Shown piece after piece: positions 63,513 to 64,000 of a stretch of 64,000 nt of DNA. This DNA is from Octopus sinensis. Its lineage: Eukaryota. Numbering within the stretch: the stretch's first letter is position 1; every line of letters begins with the position of its first letter. The DNA is taken from positions 14,880,001 through 14,944,000 of the forward strand of contig NC_043001.1 of the NCBI RefSeq assembly GCF_006345805.1. Reading direction: 5' to 3'. Below the pieces are notes generated by a model. The model searched no databases. It was given only the letters and a program-made list of their open reading frames with translations, and was not told the origin of the DNA. The position numbers and the translations under genes were made by a program.

Positions 63513-63568
<56 letters not shown>

Positions 63569-63575
63569 CCTCTCT
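62560..63575. repeat. (ATCT)n compound microsatellite grading into (CT)n
   Basis: Directly visible; accounts for the long low-complexity ORFs. Confidence 0.97.
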
Positions 63576-64000
63576 AGCAAGATATTGTTTCCTTTCGGTG
63601 GCAACTGGATTGCGTATTGTGATTCCAAATGACATAGACGGTTGGCAACAGAGTTCAGTAATGTCAAAGAACAGATTATAACTAGGTTTTCTCGATATTT
63701 CAACGCTCAACTGAGATATCCATCGACATTATTATTGTGCTTCTGTTAACAACAAATTAGCTTTTTATATTTACAAATGACAACGACACTTAGAACATGC
63801 ATAAAGTGGAGAATCCATGGAAACTGGTAGTGGATGGAGTGCTCAATAAGAATGCTCGATAGGGGAGCTTCATTGTTGTAAGCGATGTGACATACATACA
63901 TACCTACATACGTAAATACACACATAGACATAACTACAGATGCATACATCCCTGGACTTTGTTGCCTCATAACTTCCAGAAAAATGGATACTTTTGAACG

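Noticed and set aside
62345-63710. 370-410 aa Leu/Ser/Ile/Tyr-rich ORFs
   Set aside because: Microsatellite translations, like the many YI, HT, CV and ER ORFs elsewhere

Overview
AT-rich, microsatellite-dense eukaryotic DNA made almost entirely of transposable elements. The SINE and LINE families look like those of an octopus or other coleoid cephalopod (inference from recalled repeat families, not a database search). No host gene can be called with confidence; a few minus-strand candidate exons are given at low confidence. Main contents: (1) a full-length 6.14-kb Helitron (26228-32366) with canonical A|TC...hairpin-CTAG|T ends. Its Rep/helicase ORF of about 1620 aa carries nine 23-aa STPR-like repeats and is broken only by eight single-base frameshifts, with no nonsense substitutions, so it may be intact in vivo. 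Two short non-autonomous Helitrons share its ends. (2) A 5'-truncated RTE LINE (35193-40048) with a highly reiterated 3' UTR, plus about ten 3'-end fragments of the same family, one of which has expanded into a 25-copy 67-bp minisatellite. (3) Several head-to-head palindromic elements flanked by (TA)n that carry minimal type I hammerhead ribozyme motifs (Penelope-like or retrozyme-like); this is the most unusual signal in the window. (4) Two fold-back Tc1/mariner derivatives, an internally deleted mariner, R4/Dong-like and BovB-like LINE fragments, hAT and pogo-like MITEs, 5S rRNA pseudogenes, and dozens of tRNA-derived SINEs of four families (S1-S4 are my labels). Frequent single-base losses in homopolymer runs suggest an imperfectly polished long-read assembly. 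SINE and LINE-fragment boundaries are approximate to about 10 bp.
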